Translations under genes and position numbers: made by a program
Source of the DNA: Heteronotia binoei
Lineage: Eukaryota
Reading direction: 5' to 3'
DNA: 64,000 bases
Assembly (NCBI RefSeq): GCF_032191835.1
Contig: NC_083227.1
Coordinates: 24,924,001 to 24,988,000 of the forward strand
Shown here: positions 62,384 through 64,000 of the stretch, piece by piece
Position numbering within the stretch: the first letter of the stretch is position 1
Layout: the number at the start of each line of letters is the position of its first letter
The notes under the pieces: generated by a model
Database searches by the model: none
Told to the model about the DNA's origin: nothing
What the model saw: only the letters and a program-made list of their open reading frames with translations

Positions 62384-63014
62384 CAGGGATGTCAGATATG
62401 CAGCCCAGGGGCCAAATGAGGCCCCCAGAGGGCTTCTATCAGGCCCCCAAGCAACTGGCTGTCATCTGCTTCCTTCTCCTTCCCTCTTGCTTCCTTCTGC
62501 ATCACAACTTTACTTTTTATGATTAATATCCCACCCTCCCCGCCGAAGCAGGCTCAGGGAGGCTCACAACAAAATCACAACAGGAGCTACAGAGTAAAAC
62601 CTTTATTTTCTCCATTGGCTTGGGAAAGAAGAGGGGGGGGGGCAGAGCTTGCTTTGCCAGGCTCTCTCAGTTGCACAGCAGAGCTACTGAGCCAAGCTTC
62701 CCTTCCTTCTATTGGCTGAGGCTTCCCTCCCAGTCCCGTGGAGAAGGAAGGAAGAGCCAGAGCTTCCTTTGCCCAGTTCCCTGGATTCCATGGAGAGATA
62801 CAAAGAAAGCACCTTTAAGACCAATAAGTGCTAATGTTTTAAGCATGTTTTAAGGTGGGTTTTTTTTTTTTTAAAAGTTAATTGTGTTTGTTTCCTTTAT
62901 AAAGTTTATATCTTTGCTACCTGCCATTACATTTTCTGACACACATGGCCCGGCCCGAAAAGGTCTCATTTGTGTCAGATCTGGCCCTCATAACAAATGA
63001 GTTTGACACCCGTG
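62384..63014. mobile_element. hAT element (CAGGGGTGTC family)
   Basis: TSD ATCTAGGA / ACCTAGGA; homologous to 45634-46229. Confidence 0.82.
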
Positions 63015-63272
63015 ACCTAGGAAGTCCAGGGCTACTGTGTAGAAGCAGGCAAAGGCAAACCAGCTCTGAACGTCTCTTTCCTTGAAAACCTTTAGCGATG
63101 GGGTCACCATAGATCAGCTGCCACTTGACAGTACTTTCCACCGGCACGATTTCAAGAGCCAACTCTCCTTTTGTCAGATACTTTGACGCTGAGAAGCTTA
63201 TGCATTGAGAATCTTGTTGGTCCTTGCTCTTTTCTAGCTACCTGTCTGTTTATCCTGTTCGGTCTTGGTGTT

Positions 63273-63525
63273 GAGAGCCAGTTTGGTGTAATGGTGAAGT
63301 GTGCGTACTGTTATCTGGGAGAACCGGGTTTGATTCCCCACCCCTCCACTTGCAGCTGCTGGAATGGCCTTGGGTCAGCCATAGCTCTCTCAGGAGTTGT
63401 CCTTGAAAGGGCAGCCGCAGTGAGAGCCTCAAAGCCCCACCCACCTCACAAGGTGTTTGTTGTGGGGGAGGAAGATAAAGGAGATCCTGAGACTCTGCAT
63501 GGAGGGTGGAATATAAATCCAATTT
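63273..63525 (+). mobile_element. Squam2-like SINE
   Basis: GAGAGCCAGTTTGGTGTAATGG head and GGAATATAAATCCAAT end. Confidence 0.85.
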
Positions 63526-63785
63526 CTTCTCCCTTCTTCTCCTCCTCCCTTCTTCTCCCTTCTCCTCCCTTCTCCTTCTCCCTTCTTCTCCTTCTCCTCC
63601 TCCTCCCTCTCCTCCCTTCTTCTCCTTCTCCTCTCTTCTCCTTCTCCCTTCTTCTCCCTTCTCCTTCTCCCTTCTTCTCCTTCTCCTCCCTTCTCCATTC
63701 TCCCTTCTTCTCCTTCTCCTTTCTCCTCCCTTCTTCCCTCTTCCTCCTTCTCCTCCTTCCCTCCTTCTTCTTTCTTCTTCCCTTG
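63525..63785. repeat. pure pyrimidine low-complexity tract, (CTTCTC/CTCC)n
   Basis: About 260 bp of almost only C and T directly after the SINE end; probably an expanded SINE tail. Confidence 0.9.
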
Positions 63786-64000
63786 CCCCATATTCATGGT
63801 TGCGGTTTGCAGCTTATTGCTCGTCCGGGTGACTTCCCAGATCATCCGCATCACATCACACCCTTGAAAACCTACTCACAGAGGGGTTTTGTGTGTGTGT
63901 GTGTTGGGGAGTACATTCTCCTCCGTCTTTCAAAGGGCTTCCTACCGCAACTGTGCACTCTTAAGCAGAGCTACACCCTTTTAAGCTCGCCCGGCTTCAG

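Noticed and set aside
63429-63854. Glu/Gly/Arg-rich ORF
   Set aside because: Translation of the C/T tract.

Overview
Eukaryotic, repeat-dense DNA from a squamate reptile, probably a gecko (inferred from Sauria SINE and other squamate-type SINE, CR1, L2, Penelope and hAT families). The window holds a tandem cluster of five SCAN/C2H2 zinc-finger loci, all built from three coding exons: a SCAN exon ending in phase 0, a short phase 0-to-1 middle exon, and a zinc-finger exon. Gene A (minus, 16339-9472) gives a predicted 829 aa protein with 15 fingers. Gene B (plus, 20526-24477) gives 421 aa with one intact finger. Gene C (plus, 30253-36172) gives 608 aa with 9 fingers. Gene D (plus, 43500-49168) gives 606 aa with 9 fingers and is a close paralog of C. 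Locus E (plus, 55618-59624) is a pseudogene with two nonsense codons and two frameshifts. Exon joins were worked out by hand from splice signals and frame; there is no transcript evidence. Main observations: (1) the middle exon of all five loci looks like a decayed KRAB-A exon lacking the residues needed to bind TRIM28; (2) the SCAN exons keep a retrotransposon capsid N-terminal remnant; (3) C and D share most DNA-contacting residues but differ sharply in GC3 and CpG content; (4) a duplicated YY1+RFX promoter module lies upstream of pseudogene E; (5) a hAT MITE duplicated the splice donor of gene C as its target site; (6) two solo LTRs are nested in SINEs; (7) Penelope fragments carry degenerate hammerhead ribozyme cores.
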